Assembly: GCA_965644295.1 (NCBI GenBank)
Contig: CBFFRP010000094.1
Location: 1-64,000, forward strand
DNA length: 64,000 nt
Direction: 5' to 3'
Source: Paraphysomonas bandaiensis
Taxonomy: Eukaryota > Protista > Chrysophyceae
Shown here piece after piece: positions 48,153 through 61,500 of this stretch. The translations under genes and the position numbers were made by a program. Each line of letters opens with the position of its first letter. Positions within the stretch are counted from its first letter, which is position 1. The notes under the pieces were generated by a model. The model made no database searches. It worked only from the letters and a program-made list of their open reading frames with translations, and was not told the origin of the DNA.

Positions 48153-51109
48153 TTAGTACAGTCTGCCTCCTAGCCTACTACTGGATTTCGTATGTTTATC
48201 AGCACGTCTGGTCCCAGTGGACTCCCGCTGAGACTTGTGTTCCTCCACCGAGTCACCGCTGACCGACTGCCTCCTCGGCCTCGGTGCACTACAGGCTCGA
48301 CCTGCAGATATTGTACCTCCAGTGGATTTTCTGCTTTTGCCATGCGAGACCCCGGGAACAGCTGGCTGTCCTCCTCCTCTGAATGTCTCCTTCTTTTGCC
48401 ACGACATTTTCGAAAACTGAGGGCTTCGAGGAACTGTAAGACCTTTCTTGTGACCCGCGGGTCTGCTACCGCCGAGAATATCTGCACTGTTGTCTCTCTT
48501 CATCTTGGTTTCCTTTTCCCCTACCCTGTGCTCTCTCTCCACAGGCTTCCTGTCAGCGACCGCAGCATGGGAATACAGATTTCTTGCTGCAGCTGCGGAA
48601 CTTATTCCGTCCATGGTATGCTTCTCCTCCCTGTGTCTCTGTGCACGTTGTACATAATCAGCCACATCTTTTTTCCCTTCCTCCTCATCAATTACACCGG
48701 GGACAGATTTATCGTAGGTGTCTGATGCAATGTGCTCGTAGGAGATCTTCGATTCAACTGGTGCCTGCGATGAGTACTCATCAGCTATTGCATCTTTACT
48801 CTCAGCCGCTTTCCCCCCAAGGTCACTCTCTTCGTCACTACTTTGCTCATATTCCTCTCCTACGTGCCGTGAAACAGTTGCTACTACTGAAGTCCGAGTC
48901 TCACTTCTCTCTGTACCATACATGCGCCGCATCCTGGCAATAACATCTTCTTCGTCACTGTCTGATACGGGATCAGGGACAGGAGGGGCCCCTCGACGAA
49001 TAGAGCGAGGAGGTGAAGGTGTATCATCTCCATGGGCTTCTGCTCGGGACACAACCTGCTCTCCTGAAGAGGTTTTGGAGAGGAACTGCATAGCCTTACT
49101 GCTACAAGTTTCATCCTCAAGCACACGCATGGCAGCACGGTTTCTCCTCGAAGGGGACTCCACACCAGTAGGAGGTTGAGGTGATCCATCTGCCAGCGGG
49201 GAGCTAGGACGTTCGTGATGTGATTCAAAAACAGCAGGAACGGTCGAGATTGCCTCACGCTGTCTGGCCTGGTATGGAGCAGGTGGGAGACCAGTAGAAT
49301 CATTTGTTGAAGATACAGGTTGAGCTCCCATTGTGGAGGCCTTAGGCCTACCTGTTGTCGATGCTATTCCTCTTGGCACACCTTCATGTCCACCCCTTTC
49401 TGAGGTGCGCCTGGCTCTACCAATAGGATTAGATTCTCTTGCCGCCCTCCCAGTGCTAGTTGCCCTGGTTCTCTCTGCATGCTGCTGCCCCTTAATCCTA
49501 TGTCCGCCCCTCTGATAGGAGGAGGGCTCTGGAGGCCCGCTCCGGTTCGTTGTGCGACTTGTGCTCGCGCTGCGCTGGGACTGCGATCCAGTGCTGCGCT
49601 GAGATACCCGTGACCTGTCGTCATCATCCACACCCGTACTTCCACTGGTGCTATCCAAAGGAATCTTATGACCTTTCCTACGAGCCACAGATTCCCTCCG
49701 CACAGAGGCTACCTCGCCAAGAATCATCTGCTTCAGCTGAGCCTTTGTCGTCTTGGTTCGCTGAGAGAAAGAAGCATTGAAAAAAGTGACAAACCATACT
49801 GCAGGTGAACATACCTCGAAAGAAAATTCAAATGCAGTCGACGTGGGAGGGTACACCGTTGACGCAGTGGGTGCCATCCTGGAAAACAGTCTGTGGTCTA
49901 AGCACTATGGGAGAAGGTGAGAACTAGGGTAGACAACTCATAGTCACATCCTACCTCATCCACAGAAAGGCGTGCAGAAGGGTCGAATTTCAATAGACCG
50001 TTCAGCAATTCGGGCATCTCCTCTGGAGCTTCCGGGAATATCCGCTCAAAAGGGACTGGTCGTTTTCCCCGTTGTGAATATAAGTATTTCTTAGCCTGTG
50101 AGTTTTGAATATGCGAGACTTCGTGGGACTGTGGGGACCCTATGACGTCAAATATAAGCGTCAGTTGATCGATAAAATTTTTCCCGGGAAAAATTGGCCG
50201 CCTTGCCAGCATTTCCGCCAAAATGCAGCCCACGCTCCACATATCTACCGCGTAGGTGTACAGACCATCTGATAACGTAGAAGATGTTAACTATTTCTAT
50301 ATAGATAAAGTAGAAGCTCACCAGGACACAGCATAAGCTCAGGAGGGCGATACCACCGTGTAACTACGTGCTCGGTCATTGGCTCATCGATTTCATCATC
50401 CAATGTCTGTCCTCTTCCCTAAATGCAGCGTTGATTTAAATTATGAACAGCGCAAAACATCATACCGTTGGCCGCTCCCGGGCTAGGCCGAAGTCAGTGA
50501 TCCTCAGCTTACAATCTCGTGACACAAGCAGGTTACCTGGCTTCAAGTCTCTACATATAAGATATAGTCACGCTCGTTCAGTGCAAGTTATTCTCCATCA
50601 TACCTGTGTATTATGCGGTTGTCGTGCAAATACTTCACACCGCATAGCAGCTGATGAATGAAGTGCCTATGATGACTATGGGTGAGCGCCTGTGGACTTT
50701 GAATGACCCTATGCAAGTCACTATCCAACAACTCCATAACAATGTATAATTCATCTGCGGACTCACGGACCATAACATCTTCGAGAGAAATAATATTTTC
50801 GTGTTTTCCTGTTCGTTAAAACTATCAATACGAATAATCTCTACAGAAATTTTAACGAGTACCCATATGTCTCATTAATCGAATCTCGCGAAGAACATGC
50901 TTGGCATCTACGATATCTTTGGCCATCGGAGTAATTTTCTTGATAGCGACTTTTCTGTTGTTAGCGGTGTCGTTAGCGCTGCAGACCACTCCATAACTAC
51001 CCTTCCCAACCAGCTTCAGGTCACTGTAATTCCTGTCTATGGTGAAAGTTGTGGATGCCACATAGTGCACTTTCTCGTTAGCGCGTAAACGTCCAGTCAT
51101 TCGCGACAT
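48153..51109 (-). CDS. Mitogen-activated protein kinase with TEH activation motif and long low-complexity C-terminal tail, ~7 exons
   Basis: [60 protein letters not shown] and FEFSFE motifs. Confidence 0.95.
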
Positions 51110-51729
51110 ATCTCAATGGATATATACGTCTAGTTATGTATATCTCAGAGACCTCCCGTCTGTAGACAGTGGATTGTATGATAACTGAATCCACGATATT
51201 CGTAGAGATGATAATGCGGTACTATAACTCTGCACCAATCCCTAGTGATGCACGAGATGTGGAGGTAGCGATACAATAAACAGTGACAACAACATGAGCG
51301 AGAGCAGAGAGCAGAGCTGACAACAGCAACCTAACAGTAACATACACATACATATACATATATACATACCTATGCATACATACGACGAGAGAATAAATAC
51401 AGTGGAATACAAGAATACAGAGGTGTTGGGTGGAAATACATCTGCAGTACAACACGCATACGTACTTATACGTGGTATTCTTAGATATACAGTGTAGATG
51501 GCTGGCTGATATATATACAGAGTATAGCAGTATATAATATGTACAGTAGATATGTAGGGAATACCATGAGCTTCTACAGGAATTCCCAGGTGTATACCAT
51601 ACTCTGTACGTGTACCTCGCATACACTGCAGTGTCACAGCTCAAGAAAGGTACAAACAGCCACACAATTCAGACTCCGATGCGTGCCAGTACATTGTCGA
51701 GTAGTCCATGGTACTGATCGAGTAACAGC

Positions 51730-53073
51730 ATGCTCTGTGTGTTATGGGTGCTGAGCCTCAGTGGCTTTGTCCAATCATCCCCCAATGACTACTCGTGTCT
51801 CCACAGAGAGTCCCGTCCCCTCGCACAGAACCGTCCCGCCTACAGCCGCAGCCTCATATCGGCTGATGCCCCTGCGGTGTCTGTTTCCTGTAGATCCTCT
51901 TCAGAACCTGTGCTCCTCCCTCTGTTCCCCGCGCCGGAGACAGGTTCCGGGTGCTTTGCCTGTGACGATGAGCAGGGGCTTTTCGTGGACGGCTCGTCGA
52001 TGGTGTCCATAGCAGGCATTTTATCCACTAATTCTTCCTGGAAACTTTTAAATTATGATAAGTACGGGGAGAGAGGTTCAGGTGGCTTTGTGGGATATTC
52101 TCGTCAACTGGGTGTTCTACTGCATGACGATGGTGCTGCTCACTCCCCTATATACGGGTGGGCTGCAGATGGCTTCCCTGTGTGCGGCCCTTTCCAATCT
52201 CGAGGTGAAGTCGCCGTGTCATGCTGGCATAATCGTGACTATTCTACGAACAGTCCCACTGGTTGTGGTGCTGATGGTGAGCGGTCTTGCCTTCTTACTA
52301 GTTATAGCGATCCCACTGTTGGAGTAACTCCAGTGAAACCTGGTTTCCACGGTCCCAGTTCATATGATGTGCCCAGCGGATACTTTGTAGAAGACTTCTA
52401 CTTCAACTCATCTTGTAGTAGGTTAGGTAAGCGGTACATGGATGAGCACAACGGGCATTCACACCCACCTTATGGCTATCATTACCATTTAACCGTGGAT
52501 GGAAAGGACATGCGACCTGTGTTTCCTTATTCTGCTGGACCGAGTTACTACGGGTGCCTACCAACAGGGCGTGATTGTTGCAGTGGTATCCACTCTACAT
52601 ATGAGCCAACTTCCACTCGTCGGATCTCATCTTGCGGGCGCAGCGATGCATCTAGAGTACTGGCTTGCGTTGACGGCCTAGCGGAAGATGAGACGGCATC
52701 TCCTACCCGTGTACCTAGTCCAGCTCCTGCCCCTTTACCCACCCCGCGACCTGTTCACCAGTTCGGTACTCTTCGACCTACTGTCATCACATCATCCCCC
52801 TCCGCTTCCCCAACGAATGCTTCAGATCCCCTCCCCTCCACCATCAAGCACAAACAACAGCGTAACACCAAACTTAATGTGCTTCTAGGTCTTGGCGTTG
52901 CCTGTGGAGTGATTGTAATTGTGTGCTGCGCCATCCTCTTTTACTGGCACTTTTACACGCGTACAGCTCCTCAAACAGGATTTTCATCTGTTCGTGGCCA
53001 CAACACATCGCCCTCGAAACATTCATCTGAAAAAATGGATGGATTCAACCTAGTAAGTTTGCAATCGGCGTGA
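51730..53073 (+). CDS. YHYH-domain type I membrane protein (signal peptide, Pro/Ser/Thr stalk, TM helix), intronless
   Basis: HSPIYGWAADGFPVCGP, FVEDFYF, DEHNGHSHPPYGYHYHLT and PVFPY..GP.YYG motifs. TM helix VLLGLGVACGVIVIVCCAILFYW. Confidence 0.85.
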   Translation: MLCVLWVLSLSGFVQSSPNDYSCLHRESRPLAQNRPAYSRSLISADAPAVSVSCRSSSEPVLLPLFPAPETGSGCFACDDEQGLFVDGSSMVSIAGILSTNSSWKLLNYDKYGERGSGGFVGYSRQLGVLLHDDGAAHSPIYGWAADGFPVCGPFQSRGEVAVSCWHNRDYSTNSPTGCGADGERSCLLTSYSDPTVGVTPVKPGFHGPSSYDVPSGYFVEDFYFNSSCSRLGKRYMDEHNGHSHPPYGYHYHLTVDGKDMRPVFPYSAGPSYYGCLPTGRDCCSGIHSTYEPTSTRRISSCGRSDASRVLACVDGLAEDETASPTRVPSPAPAPLPTPRPVHQFGTLRPTVITSSPSASPTNASDPLPSTIKHKQQRNTKLNVLLGLGVACGVIVIVCCAILFYWHFYTRTAPQTGFSSVRGHNTSPSKHSSEKMDGFNLVSLQSA

Positions 53074-53669
53074 CTATATTACGGCAAGATGTATACGAAG
53101 TGATGGGGAAGTATTGCTTAACGAATGGTTACAGACGCTAGTGTATTTAGTATTATTGATGAGCACTACGTCCGACTATAGGCACGAAAAATAGTTATAC
53201 CCATATTCAGCGACAACCTATAGTGAAAATTGCTCCTTGATGTTATTAAACTGTGTAATAATGAACTTTATGTATTAACAACATTAATTAGTAGTACATC
53301 AAGTATATCGTATTGCTTGAAGCTTTTGTAGCTGCCTCTGTTAACGTGGATACTAAGTACCGGAGACTATCAGGTGTACAAATGTACTCAATTCAATCGT
53401 ACAAAAAGCAAAATAATATAAGCCAATCAATGCACAAAGTTATTTCCCATGAGTTAATTGTGCATAGTTACAATATAAATATATCCATCTCTTGATTACT
53501 TATATGTCTGTTGTGAATTCTTTTAAGTTTACGTTGCTTGCATTGAAGGTAATATGTAATATATAGATACACAGCGTGATCAACACTGCAGTGCCTGCTG
53601 CGAGCTCTGCTTTATCTGGACAATTATGTCTTAAAACTAAATGACGAAAATATATTTTCTTTCATTTTA

Positions 53670-54195
53670 CAGGTAATAGTTATATTGAACTATATGTAGA
53701 GAATCCCACCCTCAAACCCTCAACAAAGTTGGACTGGCACCTTCGCGTGGTGTTCTGGGTAACAAGTACCGGAGAGATTTCTCCAGGAAACTAACGTGAG
53801 CCACTATATAGTCAGCAGATATTGTTCAGTCCATTCATCGTTAAATGCTTGTGTGGTACAAAGGTCACAAATACATGTCACTGATCTTGGTTTGTGGAAA
53901 CTTGGTAGACTAAGGTTCCACCTGATCAGATTCCCATCGACTATGCTCCGGAGGATTTTCCACCTGACGATGTAGAGGTGACTGCAACACTAGCGCGACG
54001 TGCAGATGGTGGACGTGGCAGTAACCGCTCAGGTAGATATCGCCAAAATGGTTACACCTTGATGCTTGCAGTGACGCACAAGCAGCTTTCGTAGAGTTAA
54101 ATAGTAGGACATCAGAGTTAAGCACTAGTTAAGTAAATTTCAATACTAATCTTGTTCTGACTCTTACACGCCTATTGCTAATAATAAGATATGCA
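53670..54195 (+). repeat. Dispersed repeat family R1 copy with a different middle segment
   Basis: Head CCCTCAAACCCTCAACAAAGTTGGACT...GGAGAGATTTCTCCAGG and tail CGCCTATTGCTAAATAATAAGA. Confidence 0.8.
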
Positions 54196-54353
54196 CTACT
54201 TGAGTATACCAATTATAGGCCTACAATGCAACAATGAAACTGATTATTGTGGTCATTATTACAGATGAAAGTAATAAACCCTATTATCCTTGAAATAGTT
54301 GATATTACGGTGATGAACTTTACAAGACTTACTAATAGCAATCATCCCTATTT

Positions 54354-56770
54354 TTAATGCGAAAAGTCGTACACTTTGAAGTTATAGTCTGTGCTTCCAA
54401 CAACCAACTGCGTTTCGTTGAACTTGAGGCAAAAGACAGGGTCCCCAACCTCAAGCGTGCAGAGGCTACCACGTCCTGCACATCGCATGTCCCACACCTA
54501 CAGTTGTTACTTAAGGTAAACTCGCAAAACGAATATTACCTTGACGGTCTTGTCGTAGGATCCTGACACGAGTTTGTTATTGCCGTCATGTTGAAGTGCC
54601 ATGACTGAACCCCTATGCTCTGCACAGGTAAATGCGCACTCTCCTGTTCTGGTGTCCCAAGTCTACATAAACTACGTGAACCCATACTTAGCGCACACGT
54701 ACTCACGAACCTTTATCGTTGAATCTCCCGATCCGCTGAAGCAGGTACTTTGACTAAGGACCACAGAGTTGACCTATTCATATTGTATCGATTACAGAGA
54801 GTGTGCGTATAAAAGACGCGAACAGAACCTCTTTATTATGCCCCAGAAATGAACGCAGAAGAGTTCCTGTGTCTAAGGACCAGTATTGAACCTCGCATTG
54901 TCGACACCCCAAAGCTATTAGCGTACTGGCCTCAGGTGATGGCGAATACGGCGAAGATGGTTGACAGCTTAGACAGTACAGAGCATTGCCGTGTCCAGAC
55001 GACAAAATCAGTGTCTGATCACCTGTTTCCGGGTTCCATACGCGCAGAGTCGCGTCCCAAGAGGCGGAAACCACTCTTCCACCTCTCAGGACAGAGAGAG
55101 AAGAAACCCAGCCCGCGTGACCCCTCAGTGTTCGACGGCATTGTCCTGTGGATATATCCCATACCTGTAATCCGGTTGCAAGAGTTTTATGTTTGTCCAT
55201 ATCTGCAATGCAGCGAATATCGCACCTTAATAGTCTGGTCATAGCTACCTGAAATCAGAGAGCGAGTATCCTCGTGATAGTCTACTGCCCACACAGGCCC
55301 CCCATGACCATGGAAAGATCTTAGTCTTGAAGGGGATGAGAATCCAATTTTGTCCCTATGAGAAGGGCTGTACGTAGGGCGTGAAAACCAGGAAGAAGAG
55401 GATGGGCCCTCCGGGGAGGACGATAAAGTAGATAGTTCCGCACCGGCTCCGTTGCATCGGCTGTAACAAAGCACACAATTTATGAAAACACCAAGTGTAT
55501 CACAACCAAGCAGCCTACTATCAGTATCACACTCTATATATATGCACCAGTAAAATATAACGCAAACAACAGCGAGAAAAAATAAACGCCCACATTATTA
55601 CAACGTACCGCGAAGGAGCGTATGACGTCCATTGGGGCCACATGCTACCTGTCGCTCCCCCACCTTCCACAAGCTGAGCGAGGGGTAAGGTGGGTGGCGG
55701 AAGCATTGGGGTATCGTGGGTACAATTGTCTGCGGTGCCGTGAATATGGTGCGCAGAACGTGCAGGACGCAAATCCCACAAAAGAATCGACCCATCATCA
55801 GACCCTGCATATAACATTTCCAGTCATTAGTTTCACAGATCGATTAGGGTTAGCGAAAATCAACCTGAAAATAGCTTCATGTCTTCGGCTCCCGCCATAG
55901 CCAGGCACGTGACAGTGCCACTGTGTCCTCTACAGGAGTGGACAAAACCCCTACCACGTCCCCAATTGCAACTAACCCTGTAATGATGACCAAATAGATC
56001 CAACCAGGGTTCAGTTTCCGATTCCCTCATTCCACTCTGTTGATATTTGCTCCACACAATAGCTGCCTATATAATCACAATGCAGTCAAACATGTGCATT
56101 GTGCCATATATACAAATTATCGAGTTTCGATTAATGACTCATACCTTTACATCGCCCCATTCCCTCTCGAACCTACGTTTCCATAACCTGCCTTGCGATC
56201 CTAACGACCTTGCCCTCCGAAATGTACATAGAAATTTTCCCTAAACCTTACATCAACCCAGTGCAGGACAATCATACCCCACAAGGCAACATGACCTGGC
56301 TTACACTTACCAAATTAGCAGATGGCATATAGGCCATAACGCGGAATACGATGTCATCGGAAAGCTTATCGAACGGAGACTCTCTGTTTGACACAACTCC
56401 ATTCTTCATGAGCTGAATTTTTCTAGTCGCCGATTTCAATTGATTCTGTGTGCAAGTAATAATCGACATGTCCCAAGAGCATGCGCATGTCTACCTGAAG
56501 GTTGTCGTTCTCCTCATCTCTTATATGTATGACTGACTCGAGCTCCATCAGTTTCGCCCGCAGAGCCTCGTCTTCATACCTCTTACACTGGAATGACTGC
56601 TCATTCCTGGCCTTGATACTCGCATAGAGGAAGTTAAACTGTTCGTCCTTAACCTGAAGATCCTCCTTCATGACGCGCATGACTCCTACCATACATTCGA
56701 GCTCTCCCTCGAGCTCTTCTATGCGATGTAGAGCCTCAGAGAGAGTCGTGGGCTTCCGGCGGTCCTCCAT
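54354..56770 (-). CDS. F-box/WD40 repeat protein with N-terminal coiled coil, multi-exon
   Basis: Coiled coil LHRIEELEGELE. F-box FDKLSDDIVFRVMAYMPSANLVSVSQV. WD40 repeats GHSGTVTCL, GHGGPVWAV..SGSYDQTIK, GHAGWVSSL..SASWDATLRVW and GHNKEV. Confidence 0.9.
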
Positions 56771-57304
56771 ATGAACTGATATCTGCTCCTGTATTCTCCT
56801 CTATAGCAATATCTATATGACGGTACCGCACTATGCGAACACGTGGAAACTATTTCTACTCACGCGAAGAGAAGTGGACACTGCTGTACTGACTTCGTCT
56901 TCACAAGAAGAGTCCACCCAACTGCTGCACCTACACTACCACGCTACAGAGTATACGATACTCTGTACCTCGATAGGGCGGAACTTTTCCTGCAGGAATT
57001 TCTAATGCCAAAAAATGTGTCAGTTGCTGATTGGCAGATAACGGCCAGAGGGGGTTCTGATTGGACGATATTTCTACATAGTGCTGCTGGTGTGTGTATG
57101 GATATACTGTACATACAGACGAGCAGCAGTTGCTACACAGTATACAGAGAGTGCAGTTCCCTGTACTGCTATGCCCGGAATATGTAATACAGAGGTATAG
57201 TATATGTAATACAGAGGTATATGGGTATATGGGTATTTGGGGGTGTAGAATGTGTTCTTCATTTAACGACTGTATGTGTCTGCATATATCCCACGCAAAC
57301 TAGA

Positions 57305-58265
57305 ATGAGTGAAGGATGGTTAAGCAGAAAGCGCCCGAGAGTATCAGAAGATATCAACTCTTTCGCTGAAAAAAACAATTTTGAAATCGTAGAGGACGAG
57401 CTGCTGGCGTCTCTGTCTGATGTGCAGGCAGCTATGGCAGTAGTGCTCGGCTATATGGCCTCCAGTCAGCATCTTCCCCGGGTAGTTTTCAAGCACCAGA
57501 TCTCCACTATTATCAAGAACCCGACTGAGGTATCTGTTTGGCCTCAAAACATGCCTATATAACGGCATTTTCATCTCATCAGGTCGAGAGGGAGTTAGAG
57601 AGTATGCGATTGTCAGGAAAAGTGCGCAATTTTTCAATATCATTGTCGTCTTCTGAGATAATGGGCGTGATGATGTCTGATGACTATACGGCGGATATAG
57701 AAACCCGAATTAACGAATGTGTTGCTGGTGGGGAAAAGCAAACTGAAGAGGCTCTACGACTGTTTAAGGAATGGATTTCCAGTCATACCAGTACTACTGT
57801 TCTTGAGGGAGATATATTAGATGCGGATTCAGGAGGCACATCTGCGGGTTGTATGACCAGGCCAATCCTAGAGAGTGTTGTGAGTGCAGGGTTTCTGATC
57901 CAACGCCGTAGCTCCGCTGCTGCTGGGCTGTATGCCCTATGGCATCCCAAGGTACTCCATCTTCTTCGCTATATCGTATGTGGATCTAATGAGGGCTATA
58001 GATAGGGGAGCTGGTGCGTGTGATTGATGCCATGTCTCGACATATTCATGGGGTTGTGCGCAGAACACGATACAAGGAAGTATCTGAGCGCAGCCTTATC
58101 GCCAGCAAGGCGAAAGAAAAAACGAGGGGGAAGGTTCCCAGGGGCGCAGGGAGTGCTGAGGGGGCGGGTTTTCGGTATCATATAGCTGATATGGTTGGAA
58201 GGGGTCTTTTGAATAAGATTGACGGACCGTCTGGTGTACTGTTGCGCATACCGAAAAAAACTTAG
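57305..58265 (+). CDS. STK19: STK19-like winged-helix protein, 3 exons
   Basis: LPRVVFKHQISTIIKNPTEVERELESMRLSGKVRNF, LVSAGFL-like SVVSAGFLI, RRTRYKEV and GFRYHIADMVGRG...SGVLLR match STK19 family motifs. Confidence 0.8.
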
Positions 58266-58544
58266 ATAAGAAATGCTACTCATGTAGAATATACTAGTTT
58301 AGAAAAAAATCGACGACAGTTTCGCTCCGCTGGGAGGATAATGGGCCCATACTATATTATTATGTGTTAAAGTAGAAGAAGCCATTTATATGTATCTTAA
58401 TAATAATTTTATATATTATTATTAAAAGTTTAGGGTAACTTTCAATAGTTGAAATAGTTATAATAATCATAAGTGAAAATCTTATTAGCAGTGAATATTG
58501 ACGCAAGCACCAACGTGCAACCACTTTTGCTCTCTGTCCTTAAG

Positions 58545-61500
58545 CCCTTAAGTTGATCTATCATTGGACCTAGTGTAATTTCCTAGTCACACCAAAACTG
58601 GTGTAAAAAACTAGTCATTTAATTATTCATATTATCAGTTTACAATGACTAGGGTGACTAGGTTGACTAGGTGTTTATGGTATTCACCTCTAGTCAAAAG
58701 TAAAAAATTTGATAAGGTTTTTTTGCGGCCCGCCAGGGCCCTCGGCCCTCGCGGGCCCGCGGCCCCCCGCGGGCCCTCTAAAATTAATTTTTTTCAGTTT
58801 TTGCCTCCTGAAGATTTTGATTTGTTATATTATTTCAGTTATTGTCTTTTAAAGATTTCGAGTTTTGAAAAAACTAATGTGATTAGTTTTTAATTTCGAC
58901 TTTTTGAAAACTTAATACAAATTCATTAATAATTTTGTCATCAAGCAGGCGATTAATAATGCATGATTCTAATTCAGAAGAATCAGGGAGAAAAGATAGT
59001 TGTAATAGCGATGATCTCCCTACAACTTTTCAGTGGGAAGGTTTCAGATACACTATCAAGCAGAGGAAGAGGCTTCAAGATGGTTCGGTATAATATATTC
59101 TCTATCAGTAAGCCACTGATCCATATATTTAGGAAATTTGAAGGGTTATTATCGGTGCTCAAAACACCGGAAAGGAAGAACATGTGGCTGTCCAGCTAAA
59201 TTGACAATTCTTGTTCACGAGCAAGCAGAAGAATCTGATGAAAAACTGATAATTTCAAAGGGGAAAGAGGAGCACAAATGTGGTGCCGCCATCTTTATAT
59301 TGCCTTCAGATTCACCAACATCTGATGATAATTCCAAGGAGAGGTCGTCGTTTTGTAAAGGTGTATATGACGCAAGTGGTGAAATGAAACAACTTTGTGA
59401 AGCAATGGCGTTGAAAGATGTTTCGAAGTCCTCCATTGCGATTGCAAATGAAGTTGCGGAAACAACGCGAGCGAAATATAAGCAGCTCGGTGAGAAAATT
59501 GATATTTTTTTCTTTTTGCTGTTTTCACTTCATTTTCTTTTGCTTATTTCGGTAGGAATGCCATATAGATATCTCGAAACGTCGAAACTCAAAGCTTTGG
59601 TGTATCAGTGTAGACGTTTAGAGTTCAATGATTGGGAAGGAATTATATCGTCGTATCCGCTTGTGAACTGTGCTGATGACGACGAGAGACTATTTTTACA
59701 GTTCAATACTTCAATCAATGTTAGCAATCAGATGCAGAAGATAATTGGCTTTGCACATCCTGATTTAATCAATATTGTAAAGGGTGGTCCGGTCCATCTG
59801 TTTATAGACTGTACTTTTAAATGTGTGCCAAAGGGATTTTCTCAGTGTCTAGTAATTATGATATATGACTACGCCTCGTCCCTATACATTCCTGTATTTT
59901 ATATATTGCTGCAATCGAAGTTTGAAGAAGTGTATTCCATGGCTCTTTATTTGAGTAAGGCCTCAACAGATTTCATGATGGAGATCATCAATGGCTCAGT
60001 GGATTTCGAGAAGGGTCTGATGAATGCTATCAAACGGAACTTTGAGGGCAAGCCTGTAACTGGATCCGATCCTAATGATTGGAATGTGCATGGCATTGTA
60101 ACAGACGAGTCATCAACATCCCGCTTGATTAATAGAACCAACAATCCACTGGAAAGGTTTAACAGAAAGCTGAACGAGGCTTTTCCCACTGCGCATCCTT
60201 CCGTGGTGTTATATGTGAGTACTATTCGGAAGCTAAGTCAAGAATACGTCGAACTTCGAAACAAAATTCTCAGGGGTCATGCATCCCGGCCGAAACATCT
60301 GCCATTCCAGCAATTCACATTGCCAGAGGACTACGCTGCATTTGAAATGGACAGGTCAGTCCAAAGGACTAAGTTTGCGCAGCTCAACCAATACAAGTTT
60401 TTGATTGGGAAGAGCCACTATGATCCTGAGGATGGGTGCATGTACGAGGTGGTGAGAGTTGGATTTTACGAGGGGTCCATCGTTGGCTATCGCGAGCAGT
60501 GCCGACTGCAGAATGGATATGTTGTCGATGTACCCACTGATGATTGTATTTCAATTGAGGAGATAGTGAAATACACTGGATGTGGCAAGGAGTCTACAGT
60601 GACAGCCGAAGACTGTGCTTTCACCGAGGAGATTGAGACATGCTGTGTTGCCGCCGGCAGGGCTCAGACCGGCGCCAAACGCCGGAATAGGGCCGGTGGG
60701 GCCGGCCCCGGCGTTGTTTAGGGGCGGGGGCCTGGGGGCAGTGGACGCCGGCTCGTAGAGTCGAAGCGTGGGGAGCCCCCAGCTCCGAAAAATGTTTTGG
60801 TATAAAGTTGCTCTTGCTTAAGATATTAATAACTCTTGCTAAATTTGACCCTTTGCTTTGTGCGTAATACTGCCCTTTGCTTTGTGCGTTATTGTTGCTT
60901 GTGGTTGTAGTGTGTGTTGTGTGTGTTTTTAATTAAGAATTATTGTTATTATTGTTAGTTGTAGTAGAGGGCCAAATGCGGGCCGAGGGCCCTAGCGGGC
61001 CGAGGGCCAAAAAGGGCCAAAATTAAATTTTTCCAAAAATTTCATTCAAACATGGGAGCATACTCTAGCCATCGATAATGAATGCAGATATTGTAACATG
61101 TGTAATACATCACACATTTTAACGTCACATTCCAATGAGAATTGGGCAGTTTCTCGTGACCATGTCCGGTGCAGTTCCACAGCTTCCTAAGGGTCATGAC
61201 ATCGGCGGGTTCACCATTGATGAGGGTCCATGCTGCATTTTGAGGCTTGATGGATATCGACATGTGCTTCACATCAGCGTCCCCTGAGGATATGAAGAGA
61301 GCTATATAGTCATACACGTACACCTGTGCTATTAAGTAGATATGTATTTATTAGTTTATTGTTATGTTTGAATGTTTGTTTTGATGCTATGTAATCTGTA
61401 AGCCACTAATATGCTGTGTGGTGTGAGATAGTATCTTAGACAGTCACAGTATGTAATCAATGGATATAAGATATAAGAACGACTAGGTTGAATACCAAAT

